A stretch of 64,000 bases of DNA, taken from positions 188,046,001 through 188,110,000 of the forward strand of contig CM059427.1 in assembly GCA_030390025.1 (NCBI GenBank), read 5' to 3'. Made by a program: the position numbers and the translations under genes. Numbering within the stretch: the first letter of the stretch is position 1; every line of letters starts with the position of its first letter. A model generated the notes under the pieces. The model was not told the DNA's origin. It did not search any database and saw nothing but the letters and a program-made list of their open reading frames with translations. Of this stretch, positions 23,116 through 35,697 are shown in pieces. Origin of the DNA: Squalus acanthias (lineage: Eukaryota).

Positions 23116-26100
23116 TGTAAGCTTCGCAAAATCCCCCAGAAACTCGTATAGAACCCTAAAAGGGGTGATTTTTGGATTTGTCATACGAATTTGGGATGAT
23201 GGGACCTAAATGAAGTGATTTGAGGCAAAAACCTCAGTTTTGGACATTTTTAAGGATCAGGGAAGAAAACCCCTGAGGAAAATGACTTTTGGATATGACT
23301 ATTGGGAAAAACACCTTTCACAGACACAAGACAGGCTGTGGAAGGGTGTGGCGAGGCAGTGGACAGCTTTTGGTTATTGGGGCCCAGTCAAGCTGTCTGG
23401 AAAATGTTTGCACTGCAATCCAAGCAGGAGTAAGAGCCTCACCCAAAACCTCACAAACACATCCAAAATTGAATAATTCAAGACGCCTTTTGAAATTCCC
23501 AGGCCCAAACAGGATGCTAGAAGCCTGAAAACAATAAAACATCCAGTACACCCATCACCCCACCAATCACCTGTAATCAACCGAAGAGATCGACAGGACG
23601 CAAGCCATTTGACACTTAGTAAAGTCGTTACTGTTAACAAGGTCTTACAATGACCAGGATTTGATTTGGCTTTGACGAGGCCACTTCAATTTAGTATAAT
23701 TGAAGGCCCATCAAGCAGTTACAACAGTTTCAGTAAGAAGGCCCATCAAACAGTTACAGTTCAAGTTCAACAGAAGGCAGTTCTGCAGGCTGGAGTTACA
23801 GAGTTCAGGACAAGCAGGCAGAAGGCAGTTTCCACAGTTCTGCAAGAAGGCAGTTTGTAGATTTTCGCAATTATCACGATTTTAATAATAAGGAGAGAAG
23901 CAAGTTTAATTGAACATTTTATTGAACGAAAGGCTGCTACTTTAAAAAAAAAGGTATAGCAGCCTTGTAAAATGGCCGCCGAGCATCGTGACAGGCTTTC
24001 CAGAACATGGTGAGCACACAGCCACTGCAGTAAAAAAAACCGCGAAGACCAGTCGTAATGGCTCAGACAAGAAGGCGCTGAAAATACATTTATAATGAGA
24101 TCATGCACAGTACAGATTGGGAAGGCAGGATGCAACACATTTGTGTTTTGGACAGAACAATAAACTAAGTGCTTGACTCATTTTAAATGCACGGTGAGGA
24201 GTCGTTGCACCGGACGGTCGGGGCCCATCCAGACACATCATTATACAAATTCCACCCAGCTCAACAATGAGAAAGACATTGACGGGTGATTGGGCCAGTT
24301 TTGAGTGATCCCGAAACCAGTTGAGGAGACAATTATACAAATTCCACCCAGCTCAACAATGAGTAAGACATTAACGGGTAGTTGGGCCAGTTTCGGGTGA
24401 TCCCGAAACCAGTTGAAGAGACAATTACCCCATACCGAGAACTTTGGGCGCCAAAATTAAACAAAAGACAGCATCTTGATTTGAGCGGGAGATAAGGCCC
24501 GTTCCAACAGTATAACTATAGAAGAAGAATGTGCATCAGGGGTTCGTTGTGCGTTCGTTCATTGGTCTCGTTCGTTTGGTGCGGTTCGTTCGTTGGTTCC
24601 GTTCGTTCGGTTGGTTCGGTCGGTTGGTTGGTTGGTCGTTGTTGACCGTTTTGGGCAGAGGCTCACATTCGGCCAGGAGCGGAACCTCAGGACGAGCCAC
24701 CTCGACACGGCAGGCAGCAGGGTACACCATCCCGATCATCGGTAATCGGTGTCCGGATCCATCAGGGCAACGCAGCGGTGTGTTCCCGAACGACCAGCCG
24801 CTGTCAGTCAAGAAGGCAGGAACTTCGGCCAAACGAGGCCCGAGCGGCGAGAAGAATTCCACGTAGGAGCCGGCACGGTCAGTCAAACCCCGACCGCGCC
24901 CAAAGATAAACGACGAAGTAGGTTCAAACCCACTCTTTGAATCCTAACGAATATTTCATGACATCAGGAAAGACAGGCTTTTTCTTCTGGTTATTTGAGC
25001 GAATAGCCTGGGCCATCCGCGACGAACGTTCATCAGGGCTAACCCGAGTGGGTCCATCGTGGCAGCGAGAGTAAACAAGTCGTGCTCAGAAGCTCCCACC
25101 GCCACGTGGCAGCCAGGGGCTGCAACGAAAAGCTGCGAGCCTCATTTTAAATTCCGAAATAACCCGAGTGGTGAGCATGTTTCCCGATCCTACAAGTCCA
25201 GACTTAGTTTAGGTATTATAGGGGAGAGTGGTTTTTAAGAGTAATTTGTAATGTGTTATCCCCTTTACGATGTGCCGTGTGTTCCCCATTTGTATAGAAC
25301 AAGATTTATAGACGTGTGTATACTTGTAATTTCTTGGATCTGCGCATATGACATGTATTTCATTATTTTGGACACCGTACAATAAAGGCATTTCATTTCG
25401 TATTATTCAACCAGGTCTATTTGAGTCCTTCTCTGCATTACTGCTCCTTTGCATCTAAGTCCAGGTGTCAGAACCGTAAGGGCGAGTGGGTCGAACCACT
25501 CACGGGTGATTATTTCAAGAGGTCTGGCCGGAGACCAGAGCAAGCAATAGCAAAGAATCACAGGCCACGAAAACCCCTTACAAGTTCCACAGCTCGGAAG
25601 AAGACAGTTTAAACAGAGGCAGAGTTACAGCAAGAAGTTCAACAAAGAAGGCCAACAACTTCACAAGCAGACCGACACGCAAGAAGAAACCAGAGCGACT
25701 GCCTCAGTGACTATCGGACACCTCGCGGCAACAAGGGCCTCACGAAACCTTTTACTCAAATGACTCTAAACCCTAACTCTAAACCGTCAAGGATTCGTTT
25801 GGTGAGCATTATCCCTGGTTCTCCAGAGTCCAACCTAGCTAGTGAAGTGGGATTGGGAGGGGTGAAGTATTCTTCTAATGTTATTTCCCTCGCTTATACC
25901 AATGTGTTCCCCAACCTGTGTTTAAGCATTAAGAGTGTTTTAAGTTTGTTACCCTTTTCTTTTAATAAAAGTCAAAATTCTTTCATCAAAACCTGTTGTC
26001 TACTGCATCTTTGTTCACAACCGCTAAGTAAGTCCAAGGTCTAGAACCAGGGTCGTGGGAGCGATTTGAACCGCTCACTGAGTCAGAGGTGAGGCTGACC

Positions 26101-26124
26101 CCCCCCCACACACCACCCCCTACT
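23116..26124 (+). repeat. 3' LTR, family A variant, interrupted by a family B solo LTR
   Basis: TGTAAGCTTCGCAAAATCCCCC start matches the 5' LTR to about 23555. The end (25800-26124) matches 16660-16981. Terminal CA reads CT. Confidence 0.88.
23856..25582 (+). mobile_element. Solo LTR, family B, nested in the proviral 3' LTR
   Basis: TGTAG...TTACA, TSD AGTT (23852-23855, 25583-25586), internal (GTTC/GGTT)n repeat at 24540-24650. 5' and 3' parts are homologous to 2162-3840. Confidence 0.9.
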
Positions 26125-26250
26125 CCACCTCCCCTTTTTCCCTTGCTATATTTTCTAAATATGTTATACCCTGCAATGTTTAATTCCTCGTCCTGATTTT
26201 TGTGTAGCCATTTCTCAAAATCCCTACTATATCGGGTTTCTTGCAACATA
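26125..26250 (-). mobile_element. Old CR1 endonuclease fragment, right flank of the provirus
   Basis: 'KWLHKNQDEELNIAGYNIFRKYSKGKRGG' on the minus strand. Confidence 0.8.
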
Positions 26251-28299
26251 TTGGCTCAGAGTTTGCGGTGGGTATGACAGCGTACTCTGAGAGTACGCCA
26301 TCATAACGCCTTTGAAATACGCAGGAAGTTTGGGATTTCCGCATTGCACTAAATCCCGAACTTGCGATCTGTCAAGGTACGCCTAGACAGATGATCCACA
26401 CCGCCTTTGAAATCCCAATTGCTTCCGCAGATTTGGGCTATTTGCCCACCAACTGCCCAGCAATTACAGACCTTTTTCTTACGGTTAGTGAAAGCAGGCG
26501 CAGGAGCCTGTTTCACATCTTAAAGGAAGATCTATGTCTGTCTATTGTGTATGTTTTGGTGGAGGTAACTTTTTTGTTGGTCGAGTTTCATTTTAATTAC
26601 TTGGGAAGTTGAATAAGAAAGTTAAATAAAGTGAACATCTATCAAATTTAGTGACCAATTCTGTCCTTTCAACTCAAAAATGAACAACAAAACAAACAAT
26701 ATAATGCATCTATAACAAGGAAAATAGATTTATCTATTACCAGTCTAAATCAGATCTGAATAATATATTTTAATCCTGAAAATTAACATTGAATATATGG
26801 CTGGGAATCTCTTTCTGAAGTTCAACAACATTACTTGTCGGAGTGTTAGGCCTTTACTGAGTATCAAAACAGAAAGTTGTAAACATCGGGACTAATAAAT
26901 TGTGAGTTTGGATGAAAAAAGTAAAGGAAAATTATGTATGCTGGTTATTTCCAAAATCTAATAGAAGTTGTACAGTGAGGATGATTGTGAAAATGACCTG
27001 CTGACAAATCTCTGCACTTTTGATGGAGCCACAAGCTTTAATTCACATTGAACTTTGGTGTGACACGTAAACCTCTTTAAGATCATTCAGTGTCCTCTTA
27101 AAACCTACTCATTAAATGGTCGAATGTGTTCGTCGCCCTTTCAGGAAAGCATTGGAACCCATTTGAGTGCATCTGAAAGAATTGTTAATCATTCTGGTAT
27201 CACTTTACAATAAAGTACATGTTTTTAGAAGTTTTTTGAAGTTTTTAAAAGTTTTTTAAAAATTTTGAAATGTGATTTCAATTGAAGAAACTGAAAGAAG
27301 TTTTAGGCTTAGTTTTGACAGGTTTTGTGGGCGTGTCTTCCCTTACGCATAGGCTGTACGCTGCGCGCTTGGCCTCCGTGATGTCACACGCTGTGCAGAG
27401 CTGCAGTGGCGAACAGCAAGGGCTGGATGTTACCAGCCCTGAGGAGGCGGGTTTGGAGGTGGGGCTGCTGGGAAAATAGGGAAAATTGGGAGCGGGTCCC
27501 AACCCTGCTCCCATCCCGCTTCCGAACCATCTTCCCGGGGGGTGGGTCCCCGACTCGCGCAGGGACCCATCTCCTAGCGGCGGGAAGGGTATTAGAGCCA
27601 ATTAACTGCCTATTAACAGGTAGTTAACAGGCAGGTAAGAGGCTTTTCCCCATTTTACGCCTGCTGATGCGGGCTTCCCGACGTTGGGAAACCCCGCCAG
27701 GGTCAGCGAGGCGAGCTGTGGGTCTGCTGCAGTGTAAGTGTGCAAATGACAGCTGCAGAGGTAGTGTGATGGGTGCAATGGTGCACAGGTAAATATGACA
27801 GGTGAGAGAATGTAGTGAGCAAATATTTTTATTCTGTTTACATTTATCTGCAGGTGACAAGATTTGATGTTTCTGTTAAGCCTCATCTGATCGGGAGAAT
27901 AGACAGATGGCTTCTGCAATCTCACATGCAACTGCCATCTATTTTCTCCGAAGTAGAGAGTCATTAGTGACTCTGGGTGCAAGGGCTCACCTTTGAACAG
28001 TGATTGTCAAACACTGACAATTCATATGTCAAAAAATTATGGTGCCTGTCACATTAACAAAACCGGCAGATGAAGCGTCATGCACTGACGTCATCTGACA
28101 CCGGCTTTCCCTTAATTGGCCGGCAAGCCCAAAGGGCGGGCTTAACAAGGCCAATCATGGGAAAATAGCGTCAGGTCGTCCCGGAAACCAGCAGTCCCGC
28201 CCCCAACGCACCTCCTCAGGTAAGATCCCAGCCCAAGTCTCCGTTCTGGGCCTCGCACAAGGTAAGTTCATATTCTTTTCGTAGGTTGGTGGCATACTT

Positions 28300-28610
28300 C
28301 GTAGAGACTGGAGGGTCAGTGGTGTTCCCCAGGGGTCAGTGTTGGGACCACTGTTCTTTTTGATATATATTAATGACCTGGACTTGGGTATACTGGGCAT
28401 AATTTCAAACTTTGCAGATGACACTAAACTCAGAAATGTAGTGAACAATGAGGAAGACAGTAACAGACTTCAGGATGGCATAGACAGACTGTTGAAATGG
28501 GCAGACGCGTGGCAGATGAAATTTAATGCAGAGAACTGTGAAGTGATACATTTTGGTAGGAGGAATGAGGAGAGGCAATATAAACAAAATGATGCAATTT
28601 TAAAAGCCTG
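28300..28610 (+). mobile_element. CR1 RT fragment
   Basis: 'GVPQGSVLGPLFFLIYINDLD...NFADDTKL...WQMKFNAENCEVIHFG'. Confidence 0.85.
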
Positions 28611-28885
28611 TGCAGGAACAGCGAAACAGAGATTTCCACTCTGTGAAAAAGTGCTCGATTGCAGTAAAATATGTTTTGTAAATGACGCTTTTTCAGTAGA
28701 GGAAGTGCTCCATACAGATTTCAGAGAAAAGCCGGGAGATATGTGGTCGAGAACTCAGCATTGCCATAAATAGAAGACCACATTAGTTCTTTTCAAAGAT
28801 TGAAAAAGTCTTGGTGCGTTCTGTAACATCAGGATTGAAGTACAATGGGAATGCAAGAGAAAAGTGGATCTTTTTAAACGTGGTG

Positions 28886-29470
28886 GCCTGGAGTTTCTGC
28901 TTCGGGTGCAATCGGCGATCCCAGCGCAAATTGCAGCCAAAGTTGTGCTCGTTATCAGAAGAGCTTTTTTCCCCTCAAACTCATTTGCATATCGCCAAAT
29001 TTAAAACCTGCCATGACCAGTATTTTAGAACGTAACTTTTAAAAAGAATATTTTTGCTTTAAATAATAATCCCTGATATAATGAAGAGTGGTAATTGGTG
29101 CAGTTTTATTAACACAGATCACAATGGGTTTCTCACAAAGAATAAGCATTTTAATCAGTGTCTATCCACCACCTGTGAGTGACCCGATTTTAAAAAGCTG
29201 AAAATGAGGTTAAAAATCTGTACAGAACCATTTACTAGTTACATTGGTGTACAGCAGTCAGTTTCGAAGTAAATTAAAAAAAACTTATATTCAAAAACTT
29301 TTAAAACATGCCTATTAGTGTCCCTGCGCCTAAAAAACCCGCTTAATTTTAAGAGGCTCCTCGAAGGCCCACAAACAGGCACAATTACCGGAAACTCCCC
29401 ACGGTGATTAATTCGATCTGTGGGTTTGGCCAAGCTTCTAGTGCTATTTTTAAAAACTGTAGTTGAGCTG
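28886..29470 (+). mobile_element. Non-autonomous repeat family copy (also at 41794-42510 and 57320-58400)
   Basis: Shared 'GAGTTTC.GCTT.GGG..CAATCGGCGAT', 'CAAACTCATTTGCATATC', 'AATAAGCATTTTAA', 'CCTCGAAGGCC' blocks in all three copies. Confidence 0.7.
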
Positions 29471-29749
29471 AAACCACAGAATTTTGATCCCAGACACTTC
29501 GTGGTATAACACTCCTTTCATTATGAAACAGCAGATTCTCTGATTTACCATGAACTCTGCCATTTAAGATTCTCCAGTAATATTTACAATAATAGATTGC
29601 AAGACTGTCCCCTTTGCTACCCATACCGAAATGATTTTGAACATGATAGTTCCCATTTTGAGCTACCCTCTGTTTCCTATTTTGAGCCAATTTTCTATCT
29701 CAGCTCAAACGTCCACAGCACCAATGATGTCTGAACCCTGAGCTGAAAT

Positions 29750-29904
29750 GGAAGAGGAAGCTCGCCTGCCCTGTGGTTTCACAAGAGACAGCGTCAATTA
29801 CTTTGTGCGGAGCAATGACTGAGAACCTCAGTGTGTTGTGTGTCACTGTGCTGGGAGCTTTGCTGCTCAGTCTCTGGACTTATTCACTAGTCTCTTCCCA
29901 CAAG
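29750..29904 (+). promoter_or_regulatory. Candidate promoter / non-coding first exon of the Ig-superfamily gene
   Basis: Unique sequence with ETS-like GAGGAAG (about 29754) and RUNX-like TGTGGTTT (about 29772), ending in a donor-like AAG|GTAGGC at 29904/29905. Not verified by transcript. Confidence 0.3.
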
Positions 29905-30003
29905 GTAGGCAATCTTACTGCAAACATTCTTTTTAAAGGATTGATTTAAATGTGGTTTAAATAACTGATCACATTTTTCAAAGATGTTGCACCCTTCAGA
30001 TTA

Positions 30004-30151
30004 GGTGAAGTCTTAGATTAGACTGCACCTGACGAAGGAGCAGCGCTCCGAAAGCTTGTGATTTCAAATAAAGCTGTTGGACTATAACCTGGTGTTGTGC
30101 GACATCTCACATTTGTCCACCCGAGTCCAACACCGGCATCTCCACATCATG
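30004..30151 (+). mobile_element. Short Penelope-like 3' end insertion
   Basis: HHR motif plus tail; 11-bp TSD CCTTCAGATTA (29993-30003, 30152-30162). Confidence 0.85.
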
Positions 30152-31966
30152 CCTTCAGATTAAGCAGGGGCAACATGTACTTCTTTATATGGTTTCATCT
30201 CCTTTTTCATAAAATTAAACTAAGGTGGTTTCTTACAACTCAATGACTGCCGTCTGCTATTTTACACATTTTAAGCTTTCCTGCTTGTTGCCTGGTTAAT
30301 ATAAAATTTTTGTCTTTAACTGGATTTGTTTTTTCTGGTTTCCCAAGTGATGCTCTGGTTCTGTTTGAGGTTTTCATTGTCCTTCAAAGTTCTGCTTGCG
30401 ATTCAGTTCTTTGACTAATCAGTGATGCCCATTTTAGTTGAAAACGTCTCCCAGAGAAATAGGAAGTAAAAGAGTGAAAAACTAAAATGTAAGAGAAGAG
30501 ATGAACCATTACGGGCAAACTTGATTGGCAGCCCTTAATGTGGGCTTGACGACTGCCCCTACTTTTAGTTCAGCTGCTCCAGTGAATATGATACAGGGAA
30601 AAGCAGAAGCTCTAATTGAACTAAGGATCTGCCTGAAACCCGTTACCTTATAAATTTGCTCGGAAAGCACAGCAATTACACCTTGCAGTCTGAAATCGTC
30701 ACATTGAGTTATCACAGTTTCTCTTTATCGGCACAGTAATACAGTGTGTGTGAGATGGTATAATGCTCCTGCCCTTATAAACCAGCCTCTGACCTACTGT
30801 GAGCAGCACCATAGCAGATACACTACCTTTAAAGAATTCTGTTTGGAAATCTATAAACAGAAGGATCATTGTCTATTAACGGTCATTTGGGTCTTTAAAA
30901 TGTCTGACCATAATGAAATTGTTATGAGCTTGTGCAACTGGTTCTGACTCAGGTCATGTGAGTAACTCAAAGCAGTAGATGGTTATTTTAGTGTCAACAT
31001 TTGTTTCTTACCCAACATCTAAAATAGATGTTCTGGTCATATATTTCATTGCTATTTGTGGAACTTGCTGTGCGCAAATTGACTGCCGCATTTACTACAT
31101 TAAAAATGTACGTTATTGATTGTAAAGAGTTTTGGGATGTCCTGAGGTTGTGAAAGGCACTATAACTACATGCTACAGGTATCGTTGAGGCAGAGACAAT
31201 TGCATCTTTAAGGGAAAATTGGATAAATATTTGAAGCAGGGTAAGATTTAGGGCGATGAGAGAGAGTGGGGCAGTGGGATTAGTTTTGGATTGTTCTAGC
31301 AAAGTGCTGGCACAGACATAACGGGACAAATTCTTCTGTGACGTAATCTTCAATGTCTCTATAGAAAGGAGTGATGTCATTGAAGATTATATTGAGCAAT
31401 TATTTTTGTATCCATCAGAAAGAACCTTATCCTGGAGGTAGTCATTTACTTGTTAAGGTTCTGCCTGAGAACGTACACATGTATGTGTGTGCACATAGAG
31501 AGAAAAAACATGTATTTATATACTGCGCTTGACATCGAGGCAGCATTTAACCATGTGTGGCACCAAGGAGCCCCAGTAAAACTGAAGTCAATGGGGATCA
31601 GGGGGAATACTCTCCAGTGTTGGAGTCAAACCTGGCACAAAGGAAGATGGTTGTGGTCATTGGAGGCCAATCATCCCAAGATGAGGCCATCACTGCCCAT
31701 ATTTTGGTAGCTCAGGATGCTATTTTGTGCCCTAAAAATGGGGGCTGTGCGTTGGAATTTTTTGGACTTTCAGTCCCATTCTCAAGATAGACTGCTGCCA
31801 CCTCTAGGCTGCTGATTTGAATCATATGCAATCTCAATACAAGGAATTTCTTTGCTTAATACAGAGTGCACCAACCTGAGGGAAGATTATCAAACAGCTC
31901 ACAACAACAACAACAACTTGTATTTATATAGCGCCTTTAACGTAGTTAAACGTCCCAAGGGGCTGG

Positions 31967-33597
31967 TGTAAGGGGTGACCTGTGGCTCTGTGCTTAGCCT
32001 GGGTGCTAGTGCGGGGTTAGGCCTTGTTGCCTGCTCTGGTCTCCAGCCAGCCTGGTAACACTAGACACCTGTGAGTGGTTCGACCCACTCGCCCTTACGG
32101 TTCTGACACTGGACTTAGGTGCGAGAGCAATAATGCAGAGAAGACTCAGGTAGACCCGGTTGAATAGTGCGAAATGGAAAATCTTTATTGCATATTATTC
32201 AAGATTACGAGATACATGTCATAAGCACAGATTAATGACAGTACAATCTTACACACAGTTATGAAACTAATTTTAGGGAAACGAGGAGCGCACGACACAT
32301 CGTAAAAGGGGACACACATTATAATTATCCTTAAAACTTAAACCCTCCCCTATCAATACCTGTCCTAATCTAGATTTGTAGGATCGAGTCTCATGCTCAC
32401 CACTCGTGATAACTCGGAGAATTCCGAAACTCTGCTCGGATGTTTTTACCGCAGCACCTGACTATCCACGTGTTGATCAGGGGTCTCTGTACCCCACTTG
32501 TTTACTCGCTTCTGCTCCGGCTAGCAGGCTGGACCGTCTGCTGTCATGAAGATCTGTGTTGCCCTCGGAGTTCTGATACTGCTCAAAAAAGAGTCTTCCT
32601 GTGCCCTACACCGGTTCGATAGAACTCGAAGAAGGGTCTTCCTGGGCCAGTTGTGGAGTAGCCGATAGAATTCAAAGAAGTGTTTATTCGACTTACAGGC
32701 GCGGTCGGGGCTTACTGACCGTGGCGATGCATATTGTCGTCTTCTTCTCTTCTCATCTCATCTCATCTCATCTCATCTCCTCTCGGGCCTTCGGTTCCAA
32801 CACCGTTTACCGACTCCTCGGGATGGTGCGCCTGCCTCCAGGCCTCGCAGCCCAGTTCTCCACAGATCTTCGCGGCAAGCCACGAGGTTGATCCTAGCGG
32901 ATCAGAGTCCAGAGCCGTCAGGCAAGAGAATAAAAGTTCAGCAGCCTTCCAGCGAGTCAAAGCAGCAAGAGAGAGATGGACGGTTGTACCTTACAGTTAT
33001 AGTGCTGTAATTCCTCTTTTCCCGCCCAATCTTAATGTCTATCTTTTGTCAGGGTTTTGGCACTCAAAATTCTTGTATGGGGTGATCTCAGTCTTTAATG
33101 GGTTTCGGTGACACTTGTAACTGAGTACTCGTTAATATTTCTCCCATTGTGGAACCGGCTAGTAGTCTCCCTGGAGGGGTTTTGGGGCTTCCAAATGCTT
33201 GCTGTGAGTACCCGCAAACGGCTCTCTCATCGTAGAGTCGTGGGGATTTTGCATATTAATGTCTTTGGATGGGTCCTTGATCGCTCAGTACAATAGCCCT
33301 TGTTTGCACCTGGGAGACCGATTTCAGTATTCATGTTTAAAGTGTAAACCCATCGCGTTTTGTCATTATCTCATCATGTTGGATCTTTTCGATCTTGCAC
33401 AAATGTTTATTGGAACGCCATCTTGTCTGCCTACTGAAAGTCTAGAACTTTCTGCCACGAGGCGTGGCGGCCATTTTACAGGCTGTTTGTGTCCATTTTG
33501 AAACCTGACAGCATTCTGCTGAAATAAAGCTGTTTATACGAAACTATATGTCTCCTTCTTATTTTTATAAAATCGCGATAATTTTGTGAATTCTACA
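31967..33597 (-). mobile_element. Solo LTR, family B, inserted in a SINE-like repeat
   Basis: Reverse complement of the 2162-3840 family over its whole length, with TG...CA ends. Only a 3-bp flanking match (TGG). Confidence 0.9.
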
Positions 33598-33816
33598 TGG
33601 AGAGGAGTATTTTAAAACAAAAAATTTGACACCGAGCTACATAAGGATAAATTAGGGCAGGTGACCAAAAGCTTGGTCAAAGAGGTAGGTTTTAAGGAGT
33701 GTCTTAAAGGAGGAAAGAGAGGTAGCGAGGCGGACAGGTTTAGGCAGGGAATTCCAGAGCTTAGGGCCTAGGCAACAGAAGGCACGGTCACCAAAGGTTG
33801 AGTGATTATAATCAGG

Positions 33817-34566
33817 ATGCGGAGATGCCGGTGTTGGACTGGGGTGGACAAAAATGAGAAGTTGCACAACACCAGGTTATAGTCCAACAGATTTATTTAA
33901 AATTACAAGCTTTCGGAGCTGTCGCCCCTTCGTCAGGTAAAGGTACAATGAATGAATCTACAATATTACACAGTATATAAACACAGAAACTGCAGAGATA
34001 CAATCTTTCAGGGAGGCCTTACATCAAAGACACACCAGAGCACAGCCAAGACAATGAGATGAGTCACAGGGGGTCCAACGTGTCAAATCCTGCTGTCTGC
34101 AGTTGAGCTTTTAACCCTTTTTTTTGGGGTTTGTTTTTTTGTGCTTTTTTTTAAAAACTGGAAAGACAGACAACGATGTCGAGTCATGTTCTGTAGCGTG
34201 ACATGAACTCAATAGGGAGATCGGGTTCATGTCACGCTACAGAATGTGACTCGACATCGTTGTCTGTCTTTCCAGTTAAAAAAAAAACACCAAAAAAAAA
34301 ACAAAAAAAAAAGGGTTAAAAGCTCAACTGCAGACAGCAGGATTTGACACGTTGGACCCCCTGTGACTCATCGCATTGTCTTGGCTGTGCTCTGGTGTGA
34401 CTTTGATGTAAGGCCTCCCTGAAAGATTGTATCTCTGCAGTTTCTGTGTTTATATACTGTGTAATATTGTAGATTCACTCATTGTACCTTTACCTGACGA
34501 AGGGGCGACAGCTCCGAAAGCTTGTAATTTTTAATAAATCTGTTGGACTATAACCTGGTGTTGTGC
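33817..34566 (-). mobile_element. Penelope-like fold-back insertion (about 345-bp inverted arms)
   Basis: Arms about 33864-34210 and 34222-34566, short loop, TSD GATTATAATCAGG (33804-33816, 34567-34579), HHR motif in each arm. Confidence 0.88.
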
Positions 34567-35189
34567 GATTATAATCAGGGATGCTCAAGAGGGCAGAATT
34601 AGAGGAGCGCAAATATCTCGGGGGGTTGTGGGGCTGAAGGAGATTACAGAGATAGGGAGGGGTGAGGCCATGGAGGGATTTGAAAACAAGGATGAGTTGT
34701 CACACAACTCACAAGCAAAATATATTGGTGCACAGGTGTGATGGAACAAAGTTGACTCTGATTTGGCTCAGTGTTAGTGATGAACAAACCAAGACTACCC
34801 TTTTGGGAACTACTTCTTTTAACCCTAATCTTGTAATCTTGACCAGTCATTTATATTATTTTATATCAGGTTTTTAAACATTTTAAAAATGTATTCATTT
34901 ACAGGATGTGGGCATCGCTGGCAAGACCAGCATTTATTGCCCATCCCTAAATGCCCTTGTGAAAGTGGTGTCCTGTAATAGCCTTTCACTGAGATGCAAA
35001 ACAGCCTTGTAAAGGTTTTTAAAAAATGCACAACAAAATTGTTTTAAATCAATTATTCTCCAGATATTGGCATCGCTGGTAATGCCTGCATTTTTTGCCC
35101 ATCATCAATTGCCTTTGAGAAGGTGTTGGTGGGCCTTCTTCTTGAACCTCTGCAGTCCTTGTGGTGAAGGCACTCCCACAATTCTTTTA

Positions 35190-35697
35190 GGTTGCATGTT
35201 GGCCGTTATTGCAAGGAGGTTGGAGTACAAGAGTAAGGAAGTCTTGCTACAATTGTACAGGGCTTTGGTGAGACCACACCTGGAGTACTGTGCACAGTTT
35301 TGTCTCCTTATCTAAGGAAGGATGTACTTGTCTTAGAGGCCGTGCAACGAAGGTTCACTGTATTGATTCCTGGGATGAGAGGGTTGTCCTATGAGGAGAG
35401 ATTGAGTAGATTGGTCCTATACTCTTTGGATTTCAGAAGAATGAGAGGTGATCTCATTGAAACATATAAGATTCTGAGGGGGTTTGACAGGGTAGATGCT
35501 GAGAGGTTGTTTCCCCTGGCTGGAGAGTCTAGAACTAGGGGGCATAGTCTCAGGATAAAGGGTCGACTTTATAAGACAGATGAGGAGCAATTTCTTCACT
35601 CAGAGTGTTGTGCATCTTTGGAATTCTCTGCCCCGAATGGCTGTGGATGCTGAGTTATTGATTATATGCAAGGTTGAGATAGATAGATTTTTGGACT
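35190..35697 (+). mobile_element. CR1 3' fragment
   Basis: 'LYRALVRPHLEYCAQF', 'RGDLIETYKI', 'TRGHSLRI'. Confidence 0.85.

Larger units (their letters stand above)
15194..26124 (+). mobile_element. Endogenous env-bearing LTR retroelement (lokiretrovirus-like), defective, pol-deleted provirus
   Basis: Order is 5' LTR, PBS, gag, PR, env, PPT, 3' LTR. 4-bp TSD CCAC (15190-15193, 26125-26128). The flanks rejoin into one CR1 reading frame. Family assignment is inferred from the env type, the retroviral-type RNase H tail and the readthrough. Confidence 0.85.

Noticed and set aside
24531-24940. ORFs inside the nested family B LTR
   Set aside because: Driven by (GTTC/GGTT)n simple repeats and not conserved in the other family B LTRs.
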